Positions 50,330 through 62,199 of a stretch of 64,000 nucleotides of DNA are shown here, in pieces (the first letter of the stretch is position 1; every line of letters begins with the position of its first letter). Below the pieces are notes generated by a model that saw only the letters and a program-made list of their open reading frames with translations, was not told the DNA's origin and did no database searches. Origin of the DNA: Cetorhinus maximus (taxonomy: Eukaryota); contig NW_027596099.1 of assembly GCF_964194155.1 (NCBI RefSeq), positions 2,418,001 to 2,482,000 on the forward strand, given 5' to 3'. The position numbers were made by a program, and so were the translations under genes.

Positions 50330-51950
50330 CAGCCCTGAACAGATGATCAGTGTCATTAGCTCTTTGGTGATGGCGTCATAATCAGAACGATGCAAAGCGG
50401 TTCGTCATTGTGAATCCATTTCATGTCACTTGCGGCGCCAAATAAGGCTGTTTAATGGCTCCAGCTCTGTTTGTCATATATTTGTCGGTCATTCTCCAAG
50501 CATGCACTCAAAGAGCTTGACACCGGATTACACATTCATTTCAGGACCACAGGCACACTTTTCAAAGAGCCAAAATTAAATCCTTGCACAGAGGTTACTG
50601 GAAAGCTACAGAGGGAAGTCTTATTCGCGGACCAATGCGCACTCATAGCTCAGGATCCGGAGACATTCAGCTGCGTGCTGAGCGCTTTGCTGCAAACTCA
50701 GAATGTTTTCGATTGACAATATATCTGAGGGTAGAGATGGTGTATCAGACCGTTGCTGGTCACGTTCTCCAAGATACCACAGCCGCTTCGAACAACGCAC
50801 TCCTCAGTTCAGTACGAAAGTTTTGTTAACTTGGCAGCATGCACTCCAAGGGCACAAACTGGATGGGAAAATTACCCACCGCCTGACAAAAACAAGCTCA
50901 GCACTTGGCAGGCTTCACTCACTGACTTCTGCCAATCAAACATGGAGTTTCCCTCAGATGGAATATCGAGTCCAGCCAGGCAGTGTTTTTTATATCACTT
51001 CCATATCAGTGCGAGACTTGCATAATCTTTCGGCCTCATAGAAAGCTAATGAAAACTTTCCAACTTCATCGTCCATGAACCATTTCCAACGGTTGTTGGC
51101 AAGGGCAAAATCCGCAAAACCGATCATCTTGCAAAGTGCAGCATGCCTGACATCGAAAATATGTTCATTAGAGCCCCGGTTCCCGTGGTAGGTCATGCGG
51201 TTCATCTGGAAAATGCCTACGTACCAAAACGCCACACTCGGTGAGCACGGGGAGCTCCACTACAGGATGCATGAAATCTCAAAGACAAACTCAGAGATTG
51301 CAAGCTGGATCCCACTGCATAGGGTCCTGACATCACCTTCCTAAAAGCAAAGTGGCGTGCCTGCACCATATGAAGCATACACCCGGCGCACCGGAATCCT
51401 AGTACGAAAATATGGGGTTCGCAGGCCTGCTTCAGGCGATAAGCCCAGTGAGGAAGGAGGATTGGGGACCGGGGAAAAACTGTTATGGCCCCCAGTCAAA
51501 ATCCTGCACAAATGTGGCAGATATGTGGCGGTCGTCGGGCACATTTTTCGGGAAAGTGGTGCTTTTCCATACCTGCATGTGCTACTTAGCATTCCTCGTC
51601 CAAAGCGCGGCCAAAGGGAAAGGTGTAAGGCTACTCCCCAGGTCTCCCTAAAGCACGGAGGCCTTAACACCAGGGAGCGGGAGGAGATTGCTGCCGGTCT
51701 CTCGGCCTGGCACAACGTGTTCAATCAAATCGAAAACCGCTCCGAGTCTCAGCGACTCAAAAGAGTGGAGAAAGGCCGAGTCACAACAAGGAGAACTTAA
51801 CCAACCTGGACCTTTCATTTCCACTTGTTAGTGCAAAAAGCGTGTCCCACGGCGGAAGAACATGTAGGTCCAGAATTGTACTCCTCAGTCATCTGAAATC
51901 ACACTGAGCCTGACGGACTTCATTCTAGCTACTGAGGGAATGCCACTGAC
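50330..51950 (+). mobile_element. RTE-clade LINE, 5' truncated and decayed
   Basis: GAK*GCLMAPALF, GLHIHFRTTGTLF and REVLFADQCAL match the RTE motifs GVKQGCVLAPTLF, GIYIRFRTDG.LF and RELLFADDCAL. C-terminal CPHGGRTCRSRIVLLSHLKSH* at about 51845-51908. Interrupted at about 51345-51700. Confidence 0.85.
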
Positions 51951-52349
51951 GTCACTCAGATGAAATACACAATTTCAGGAAGGTAGGACACCTTCACCTT
52001 GTCAAGGGAAATTTGGATCGAGCAATAAATTGTGGCCAATCTAACCACATCCCCGCCACATGAAAGGATACGTTTGAAAACATGATTGTGAACAAAATAA
52101 CAAACCTTCGGCACAACCAAATGGAGGAATCATCCAGTGATTTCAGCATTTGTGGAGAACAGAGTCAAGCACATTAAGGACAAGGAAGCACGGGTTAAGT
52201 TAGTTTATTCCGCTGAACAGACATTTTATGCAGAATTTGGAAATCGATTGTGCAAGTATAGATTGATCTAATCTCACACGTGATATCACACTGACATTTT
52301 TTTTGCAGCGCTCTCACATGTCGAAGGGCCGGGAGAATTAATCATCAAG

Positions 52350-52562
52350 ATAGTTAGACAGATAGACCAACAGACAGATAGACAGACACATATCTGCCCA
52401 GATAGGCAGACATTCAAATGGATAGATTGATTTGAAGAGAGAGTTGTACACGAGAGAGAGAGCGAGACAGAGCGTGCGGCAAATGCAGCGAGCGAGTGAA
52501 TGAGCAAGAGAGTGAGAGAGCGAGATGGACGGACGGACTGACAGACGGATCGGTGGATGGGT
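52350..52562. repeat. Compound microsatellite (GACA/GATA/GA/GGAC)
   Basis: Degenerate tetra- and dinucleotide runs; GATA/GGAT units resume at 52872-52900. Confidence 0.8.
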
Positions 52563-52564
52563 GG

Positions 52565-52867
52565 AAAAAACTGCGGATGCTGGAAATCAAAAACAAAAAC
52601 AAAAATACCTGGAAAAACACACCAGGTCTGACAGCATCTGCGGAGAGAAACACGGTTAACGGTTCGAGTTCGTATGACTCTTCAACAGAACTAAGGAAAA
52701 TTTAAAATAGGTAAAATATAAGCTGATTTAAAGGAGGGGGTGGGACAGGCAGAGCTGGATAGAAGGCCAGTGATCACTGTCATATCGACTCGAAACCTTA
52801 ACTGTGTTCCTCTCCACAGATGCTCTCAGACCTGCTGAGTTTTTCCATGTATTTATGTTTTTGTTTT
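52565..52867. mobile_element. Penelope-type element with ~90-bp inverted arms
   Basis: Arm 52589-52678 (aaaaatacctggaaaaacacaccaggtctgacagcatctgcggagagaaacacggttaacggttcgagttcgtatgac) is the near reverse complement of 52779-52867. Confidence 0.7.
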
Positions 52868-52928
52868 AGTTACATAGACAGATGGATGGATAGATAGAAA
52901 GATTTGAACATAAAGGGCTGAAATACAA

Positions 52929-53219
52929 GTGCTTCTTGCAACAAATAGCCACTGTTGGATCATTGATAAAGGCAACTGTGAAGCAGAATTACGTGATTGT
53001 GAATTAAAAAGAAACATAGAAACACAATAAATTTACACATGTGAGTTGCGAGTATTGCACCCGAATAAAATTGGGAATTTCGCCTGACAAATCCCCCTTA
53101 ACAAGGGTTCGGATGTAACGTCCATGAAATCGTTCGCTGCCATTCGAATCGGGGAGGAAATAATACAATTTGAAGGATAACAGTTTCCTCGCGACAGGAA
53201 CAAAAGCATCATCAATCTG
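52929..53219 (-). pseudogene. Third GPR139-like paralog, decayed 5' part of exon 2
   Basis: The acceptor tctcttcccag is followed by LMMLLFLSRGNC..SNCI....RMAANDFMDVTSEPLL......FP, a stop, then FTVAFINDPTVAICCKK. This is colinear with ILSRGKCGLSKCI...AMAAADLLVVCTEVLL...FP...LTVVFTFDRFVVICCKK of the intact copies. Confidence 0.85.
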
Positions 53220-53389
53220 CTGGGAAGAGAAAGCAACTGGGAAAAATGAGTCAAAACTGATTCACCAGACCTGGAGCCAAGGGCACATTTTCCCTCGACC
53301 TGGCCTAAAACCCTCAGCTCTTTGCTGCATTAAATATGTAAAAAGATAATCAACCTGGACAACGCATTCAGTCACTTAAATGTGTCGAA

Positions 53390-54798
53390 ATACCATTACC
53401 AAAAATGCCTCGTGAGAATCCCAAAAATAAACTGAACAATCTTTCGAATGAAGAAAAAAGATGGTAATATGGGGAAAAATCATCCATGGCGAAACAAGGA
53501 AGTTAAACGTGACACAAAGTCCAAAACTAAGGCATACCAAAAGGCAAAGGTCAGTGACAAGCTGGAAGATTGGGAACTTTTTAAAGATGAACAAAGGGTT
53601 ACTAAAAAGCATAAAAGACCAAAGGAAAATTGGCGCAAAATGGAAAAACAGATATGAAAAGCTTCTACAAGTATATAAAAGGAAATAGAGTAGCAAAAGT
53701 GAATGCTGATCCCTTGGAGTGTAGGGCTGGGGAGTTAATATTGCTGAACGCTGAAATGGCACTATTTCTTTTGCCTAAAAAGTTTGCCTCAATTTTCATG
53801 GTGGAGGAAACCAGTGCCACCCCAATCGTAACATGTAGAGCAGAGGGTACAGAGAAGGAGGAACTTAGAACAATTACCATAACTAGAGAAAAAGTACTGA
53901 GCAAACTATTTTGATTAAAGGGTGACAAGTCCCCAGGGCCTGTTGACCTACAACACAGGGTCCTGAAGGATGTCGTACCGTAGATAGAGGATGCATTAGT
54001 AATTATGTTCCAAAATTCCCTGGATTCTGAAAAGGTTACAGTGGATTGGAACAATCCTAATATGACGTCCTTATTCAGAAAGGCTGGGGGCGGCAGAAAG
54101 TAGGAAATTGTAGACCATTTTAATGTCTTTCATTGAGAAATTGTTGGAATCCATTATTGAGTAATTACTAATGGGGCATTTGGAAAGTCGAAATACAATC
54201 CAGCAGAGGCAGCATTGTTTTATGAATAGTAAATCGTGTTTGGGTAATTTGCTAGAGTTTTGTGAAGATGTGAAAAGCACAGTGGATAATGGAGATACTG
54301 TTGATGTTGTATTTCTGGACTTCCAGAAGGCCTCTGTTAAGGAGCCGCACAAAAGATTAATACACAAGGTAAGATCACACGGAGCGATGGGTAATATATT
54401 AGATTGGATAGAGGATTATCTAACTAACAGAAAGCAAAGAGTCTGAATAAACGAGTCTTTTTCTGGATGGCCAGCTGTAAATAATGTGTTTCCACAAGGT
54501 TCGGTCATTGGGGCCCAACTATTTACTATCTTTATGAATGACTTGAATTCAGGGATAGAAGTTACTACAGCTAAAATTGCAGCTGAAACCAAAATAGGTG
54601 GGAAAGTAAGTTGTAATTAAGATTTAAGATATTTACAAATGGATATGGACAGTTTAGGTGAAAGGGTGAAAATTTGCCAGATGGTGTTTAACATGGATAA
54701 TTGTGAGGTTATACATATTGTTCGGAAGAATAAAAAGGCGACTTATTGTTTAAATGGAGAGAAACCTCAGAATGCTTCAGTGCAAAAGGATCTGGGTT
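53390..54798 (+). mobile_element. Decayed CR1 LINE ORF2
   Basis: KSFYKYIK, KSPGP, QHCFMNSKSCLGNLLEFCEDV, VDVVFLDFQKA and FPQGSVIGAQLFTIFMNDL. Ends at kDLG where ERV sequence begins. Confidence 0.9.
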
Positions 54799-56242
54799 AA
54801 CTCGACTGGCCTGTAAACTGTTGACCAGAATGTCCGGCCCTTGATCTACAAGATTAAGGAAATTTAAAACGGGGACAGGGAATTCACAACACCCAATTTA
54901 ATACAGGCCATGAGATGATACAGTTAATTCATACCTTGGCTACCGTGCTGGAAGGTCCTGGGGGACTATCAATACATTGATTGGGATAGGAAAATATATT
55001 TCAGGTGAAGCAAGCAGAAATTATTTCTGCAGCCCCAATGGACACAGGACCCTGGAACAAGCCCGAGAGAATTTTAAAAAGATTACAGTATACGTAGTTT
55101 ATTAATGGGTAACTAATGAACATTTATTTACTCTTTCACGCAATAAAGATCATGACTTGACTGCTTGCCAGCTCAGAGGTTTTACACGTGCATATAGAAT
55201 CAATGTCGAATGTATAGTAAATAATAATATGCTCCTAGGCATTGCCTTAGTGATACTTGTTATTCCTATGTCAACACCCGGCAGAACATTTTATTGAGCA
55301 GAAAAGATTGGGGTGATGCAGGGAAACTATTATGTTAGGCACCATGATATTCTGCCATAGGCAGTAGACATAGAGAGGAATATAGTTAGCACAACATTAG
55401 AAGGGTGTGGTATAGAGGGCACCGCTTTATTATGCGCACATCCAATATATGAGTCGGAAGCAGCAAAGTGTGCATTTAAAGCAGCAGAAATTGTACAATG
55501 GAAACTACATGGGCTGCAAAAGAACCGACCCATGTTGCATACATGGGGAATGGGAGATATTGTATCACCATGTAACAGCAAATGATCCAGTATGGGAGCA
55601 AATGGATGTGCCCCATACATAATCAATTGGCGTGCCCACACCTGCAGGTGCCGGCAAGCGTGGAAAAGGTACAACTGCTCGAAATGTACAGGAGAGGAAC
55701 GACTACTACCCAGGTAATGGAAATTCTTAGCGATAACCTGACACGATATTTGAATCAGTTCTCGTGTGAAATTCCAAAAATATCAGAGCACCTAACCCCG
55801 ATTCGGAGACAAGCTCAGCAGATGTATAGATCTTACTGTAAACTGCAGCAACAGGTTAGCGCCTCAAAAGAGTATATCGAGCAGGTAGATTCTTCCTTAT
55901 GGTGACTGTGGAATTGGGCCTCCAATGCACAAATACACCCGGATTATTTTCCATGCCCTGGTTCTGATTCAGCTGATACCAGTTATATATTAAACATACC
56001 TGATTAATCGTGACTGAGGGTCACAAAAGAGGAGCTGGGGGAGTGTAAACAGATGGAGAAGAGGTTTAGCAATTCCGTAGCCTCAAGTGAAGGGCCAGAT
56101 GATACAGCCGATCTGACCAGTGCCGTTTTACGTGCAAAGCTGGAGAACTGGCCAGTATCAATGGGCGGCGGTACATAACGGGACGGACAGTACAACTGTA
56201 TTTGGATAATCTGGGCTATGCGATGATCCAAAAAGGGGGGAT
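54799..56242 (+). mobile_element. ERV 3' internal region: decayed env plus polypurine tract
   Basis: Cys-patterned peptide EKIGVMQGNYYVRHHDILP*AV...LEGCGIEGTALLCAHPIYESEAAKCAF, a heptad-like stretch in ORF 55582-55905, a Trp-rich segment, then hydrophobic IIFHALVLIQLIPVIY. PPT AAAAAGGGGGG at 56230-56240. Confidence 0.7.
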
Positions 56243-56776
56243 TGTTAGGGGAAATGCAGCAAGAATGTATCGAAAGTGAATGAATTACTTAAAATCTCCA
56301 TGCAGCCAGTGCTATCAAGCACATTAACAGTTAAAATTACCAGATGAACCTTGCACAGCCTTAGAGCCTGCAAACAACAGAAAGGCCTTGAGATACTGAT
56401 TAGAGACATAGGATGACAACAACATAGATTAAGTGCTCTATTCAAGCGGTTTGGAAAGGACAGATGGTCCCAACCAGGATAGGAGGAGAGGTCTCTGCCG
56501 GGGTTAAAGAGCATTTATTATAAAACATATATTTTGACAAGAAGTGGATCTGAATATTGTTCTTTTACGGGAGCAGTAATATATAAAATACGCTGCATGC
56601 TTGCAGTTTGTCCGCGTGCTATCTCATGATGCCTTGAGATGGTTCTCTCCTTGCAATTGCTCGAATAAACGATCGTGACCTATACCTGAGCCTCCTGTCG
56701 TCCGTTGGTCAAAGTTAGCGCTGCACCAGCCCGCCGCGCTTATCGATTGGAACGAGGGAAATTAGGAGACTCAATA
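56243..56776 (+). mobile_element. ERV 3' LTR
   Basis: Starts TGTTAG 2 nt after the PPT; TATAAAA at about 56582 and AATAAA at 56664. The right end is approximate. Confidence 0.75.
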
Positions 56777-57149
56777 GTGGGCGGTCTGTATATTGTCCAA
56801 ACACGCGGGCAGTGAGCAGTTGGATCCTATCCTGGGGCCATTCATTAATTCCAGATCCTCACACCGTGTTGAATACAGTCAGACAGGATGGCAACTGCCT
56901 GAACTGGTCAGATCCGTGTTACAGGCAAATATTTAACAGATTGGCAAAGTGCTCCAAATATCCATGGGAACCAAAACTCATTTGGTCAACATGCAAAGCA
57001 TTGGAGAAACGTTCCATTCTGGACACCTTCAACATTTTACCCTCTCCTGTAAAAATGAGTTTACTTTAGTTTCCAGCTAATGTCCACACTGGGGTACATT
57101 GAAATAGGTATAATCGTAGTGATTTCGGCACAACAGACCATTCGGTCCA

Positions 57150-58510
57150 CCTTGCCCATGCAACTTGAAGGCAGTGAGAGATCATTTCTGTCGACAAAGT
57201 TTGAAAACATTGGACAAGAACGTTATTTCCAGCGGTGAGGTGAGAATGAGTGCCTTTGACATAAAGGCAGCATCTGAGCGTGTGTGGCATCGAGGAGCGG
57301 GAACAAAATTGGGGTCAATTGGAAACTCTCCTTAGGCGCAAAGGAAGATGGCACACTGCAGAATTTCCTCAGGGTAATTCCCGAGTGCCAACCAGCGTCA
57401 GTTGCTTCATCAATGTGTCAGAAGTGAGGATGCTCACTGATGATTGCACAATGTTCATGAGCATTCACGATTCCTCAGATAATGAAGCAGCCCAGGTTCA
57501 AATGCAGCACGACCTGGTCAGGATGTTGCGGCCCCTCCCGCCCGGCGGAGTATGACGTTCCTGCCGAACTGATTGGGATTAACATAGCTCGTCTCATCCT
57601 CAGAGTAGGGGTTTGGTCGGCTTGGGGTAAGGGTGGAATGGTTGTTGGCGAGAAACACCGTGTCAGGACAAAGAAATACTGGCCCTGCAAATTATTCAGC
57701 CTGTCGCTGAAAAGTTGCAAGTAACATTCACGCCAGAAAAGTACCAGGCAATGACCATCTCCAGCAAGAGACAATCCAACCATTGCCCCTTGACAATCAA
57801 TGGCATCACCATCACTGAATCCCCCCACTATCTTCTTTCAGGAGGTCACCTTTGACCATAAACTGATCTGGACTAGTCACATAGGTAATGTGGCTACAAA
57901 AACAGTTCAGATGCCAGGAATCGCCTGGGGAGTTAGGCACTTCCTGACTCGCCAAATTCTGTCCACTGCCTATAAGGCACAAGTCCCGAGTTTGTCGGAA
58001 TACTCTCCACTTTCAAGGATGAACGCAGTTCCAAATCTCTCCAGAAACTCGTCACCATCCAGGACAAAACAGCCCGCTTGATTCTCATGCCTAACCAATC
58101 ATTCACTCCCTCCACCACCGATGCACAGCAGCAGCAGTGTGTACCATCTATAAGATGCACTGCATGAAATCACGAAGACCCCTTCGACTACATCTTTCAA
58201 GCTCATGGCCACTAACCTCTCGAAGGAAAAGTTCAGCAGATACTGGGGAACAAGACAATTTTCAATCCCGTCCCCAACGCACGTCCATCCTAACTTGGAA
58301 AGACATTAGTGTTCCTTAACTGTCGCTGGTTCAGTATCCTTTGGTACGACCAACACCTCGACCCACCACCCCCTAACAACACTGTGGGTGTAGGTATACC
58401 ACAGAGACCATAACCGTTCAAAAGGCAGCTCACAACCACATTCACAAGGGCAACTAGGGATGGGCAATAGATTTCCTTCAGCCAGCGAAGCTTCCATCCA
58501 ATGAATGAAT
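57150..58510 (+). mobile_element. Decayed CR1 LINE 3' half
   Basis: FPQGNSRVPTSVSCFIN...MLTDDCTMF and VRHFLTRQILSTAYKAQV...EYSPL, followed by a CR1 3' UTR ending atgaatgaataaa. Confidence 0.85.
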
Positions 58511-61500
58511 AAATACAAACCACTCACATGAGGAGCTTTTGGCCCATATGATAAACAGGTTGAAGAAGGCCTGGGCAAGAGGCACCATCCAAACCTAATC
58601 GATTGCATCACAGAGAACTCGGAGCAATGTCCTCTTGCGGAGAGTTCAGGTAGTTTAGTAGAACTCAAACAGGCTGGTGAGTGGATGCTCGTGATGCTCC
58701 GCTGTAGACAAGGCTGAACCCTGGCACGAAACGGCAGTTTAGCGTGACACACGGTCTTTTGCTAATGGTGATGAAGCCACTGCCTCAAAAACACATCACC
58801 CAAGACAGAGACAGTTCTGCACTAATCGATTATGTTGCACCGGGAACAAGGGACATCCTAGTCAGGGTCATCCTACTGGGGTGGGGGTCGGGCGGTGGGG
58901 AGTTTATCCTTTGTTCTTTAGGGGAAACGGGAAAATGGGATGAGGCCAAACAGCACCAGCTGTAGCTGGAGAGAGGGGCAGCATGGTGCCTTCTCCCCTC
59001 CCACACTTCCCCTTTGGCAGACTCTCCTGAAAAGCTAGACCCCCGTCCGAAAGTGCACTTTATTAACAAATCTCCCAGTTAGCAGATCCATTCACACGTT
59101 GATTAAAACCTGCCCATATCGTTATATGACGGAACTCAGTGATATTTGACACTCATCAATGGACAGCCTGTCCATTCAAATCATAACCAGATAGGGTGTC
59201 CGTCAGTTTATGTCCCAGGAATATGACTGCATAGCTTTCACTTAAATAGAGCTAATTTTAACCCCACAGCACTCCATGTGGTAGTGACTTCCACATTCTC
59301 ACAACTCTCCGGGGAAATAAGTATTCCTGAATTCCCTGTGAGTTGTCCTGGCGATTGTCTCTTATTTAAGACCTCGATTTATAAACAGCGTCGTTAGAGC
59401 AAACTTTCGCTCTGCATCCACTATATTAAAATCTTTCATAATCGTAAATATATAGATATGAGGACCCCACTCTGTTCATTCAGACTTTCCAGTCTCCTTC
59501 CTTCGATCTATATTTATTTCAAATGCTTTCCAACACGTAGCGCAGTCTCTTCACTGAACACACATCTTGTGTCCCTGCAAGTGTACGTGATGGTGTGCAG
59601 GTGTGCAAGCGTGTGTGTTGGTGGTTTTCACCAGTGACTCATGAATAAAATTCGGTCACTGCGTTTTGTTCATGACGATGCTCACAGCGTGTCCAAGTTC
59701 ATCTTAAGCAAAACTCCAGGTTAAGCCTCGTTTTGCCTGAGGCGACATCTTGGGTCAGGCAATTTAAAACAGTGCCTCCAATGGACATCAACTGAAAATA
59801 GTGACTTCTGTGCTCCTTGAACATACTGGATACCTGCTGGGTTTCACCGCGGGGTGGGGAGCTCTTGGTTCTTGGTATCTTGCTAACTGTCCCCTTAGAG
59901 GACAAATGGAGGGTAGGAAGCAGGATCTGTTTTAGGGAGAAAGCGACAGTAGGGTGAAGTGGCGTCATGCACCCCTGCTGCAGTGAGAATCCTTCTTCCT
60001 CTGTTATATCTACATTCGAATCTCCTGTGAGCTGTTCCAACAGACTGTGCTCCGTCACCCTTGGCAGGAGAGTCTCCGGGCAGGGTGACGCTGTATGCCA
60101 GCCAGTCCTCTACACACAGAGATCGTGCAAGGTGCCCACAGATAATGAGAGAAGAATATTGTGCTTAATCTGGAATTGGGTGCAATTGAGCGCAGCTGTT
60201 TCCGTGTTAACCTCAACTGGCAATTCTAAATTAATGTAATTGACAACCAGAAACAAAAATAGGAAACATCCTTTCAGGGCCCTTTTCAAACCTTTCACTG
60301 AAGGGCAACCTTCAGTGTTCAGCAAGTGAAACAAACGGTTTTTTGGTGTGGACACTCGGCCATGGGCAGCCTTTGTCTTGTCCAAACTGACCAGCAATGG
60401 GCTGTTCGATCCTATCCTATGATGATTCATTATTTTCCCATCCTCACGCCTTTGTGCCAAACTATCTGGTTGGATGGTAAATGGCCGCCAGTCAGCCCTT
60501 TACCCCGGCAAATATTTAACAGACTCATAAGCTTCCGACAACGACCCGTATGTTTTCCAAGTCAGTTGAACGTTATTTAGCACTGCGCACACTAACTGCA
60601 TATAGCACACACGACGAACATTATATCTTGTACTATTATTCCTAAGTGCATATTAGACTCCAGCCAATGCCCACCTTTGGAATACCATTGAAGACCAACA
60701 AAAGTTAGAGACAGCAAGGACCAGGAAGCCATTCTGACCAGCGAGTTCTCGCAGCTGCAATGCAATGTGCGATCAATGGGAAGAGCGGTCATGTGAGGAC
60801 GGGGTGGATAGTTCAGAGCAGGGGAGACAGGAGGCTGGGGGCTTTGGTTGTGAGGGGGGCGTTCGAAGGGCAGGAGGAACCGGACAGGAAGGAAAATTGG
60901 GCTGTGCAGTTGTGAGGGAGGTGTTAGACAATGTCACAGATGTAGGTGCAGCTGCAGGATGTACCCACTCGTAATATGCAACTCTACAGAAAAAGAAAGT
61001 GTCTCCGGGTTCACTGATTTACCCACTGATCCCCAAAAAAAGGGCTCAGTTCACGACTTTCAACACTGTCCCAGGGGATGGCATCCCGGGGATTTTGTAT
61101 GCCACCAGCGGCAAGCTCAATGCTGGGTTTCAGGAAAGGTTCATCAGTTCTGCTCCTATTAGATAAATAATAACAATTATCAGTTGCGGGCAGCAAGAGA
61201 TTATGGGATTGTACGGAAGGCCCATCTCGTACGCTTAAGGAAGGACATCTGTCCTCTTAATCCACTCTAACCTACATTTGACTGCGGACCCACAGCTTTG
61301 TTAAGTCTTAAATGACGCTCAGAAATGGTTTCTCATGTCACTCAGATGTTGTCACGGTGAAGACGAAAGGGAAACCGAATACAGTTGGATAGATCTGCAA
61401 GGGTTGAAGCTTGTATACTTCTCAAGCAAATCTACTGTCTGTCCGTCATACCTTCAGTGCATCTTCAAATGATGTTAAACATGGCGGACAAGTGATCTAA

Positions 61501-62199
61501 CCGCTGTTTGATGGTGTCAGGCGATAATCAGTGGCAATTTTCCTTGGTCACCTTCCACCAAATTCTGTGTATTTTCAAGTTTAAAAATGTTGACATTCGT
61601 TTTACCAAGCCTTATCCTATGTTTGGTGTGTTCACGTTGAAAATGAGAACACAACATGGTGGCAGCGTCCTTTTTCTTTTGAAGATTTTATTGAGAAGTG
61701 TACAAACCTCAAACATTTCAGATCCAGCTGAAGAACTGGTGCAGAAGCGACGCCGCTACTAATTACTCAGCAAGTAGAAATCATCCGCTGGTACTGTTCG
61801 AATCCTACGCACGGTGTCTTCATTCTGAAGCATCACATCAGCAAATAGGCACCAGGCCACTGTAAGTAGTTCCCCTTAATAGATGTTAATTGTCGTAAGA
61901 GAATGCTGAGCTAACTAGTGAGTCATTCGATTTTCTATAAAAACACAGGGTTGTTCAATGTGAACCTCAAAAGGGACTTGTGGACACGCGGCTACGTCTG
62001 AGACAGATGTAGATTGAGTCAGGAGTCGATCATTTGGATCAGATGAGAATTTGGGAAAGTGAGGTCAAGACGTGTTTCTTTTCCGACTTCGTCATCCTCC
62101 GGTCATTGGACAGTTTTACTCCTCGTCTCCAAAAGAGCTGATTGCAACATTCCGGGAACTTATCTCTGTAAAGTATTAACTAATTGGCTAAGTACATGA

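Larger units (their letters stand above)
36214..50432. repeat. Segmental duplication, copy B
   Basis: Colinear direct copy of 10245-24767. Confidence 0.95.

Noticed and set aside
51357-51800. 147-aa plus-strand ORF
   Set aside because: A chance frame across inserted repeats and the RTE tail; no recognisable domain.
32572-56776. One giant provirus (5' LTR at 32572, 3' LTR at 56243) that captured GPCR copy B
   Set aside because: The two LTRs share no visible similarity, and gene B retains its intron and genomic flanks.
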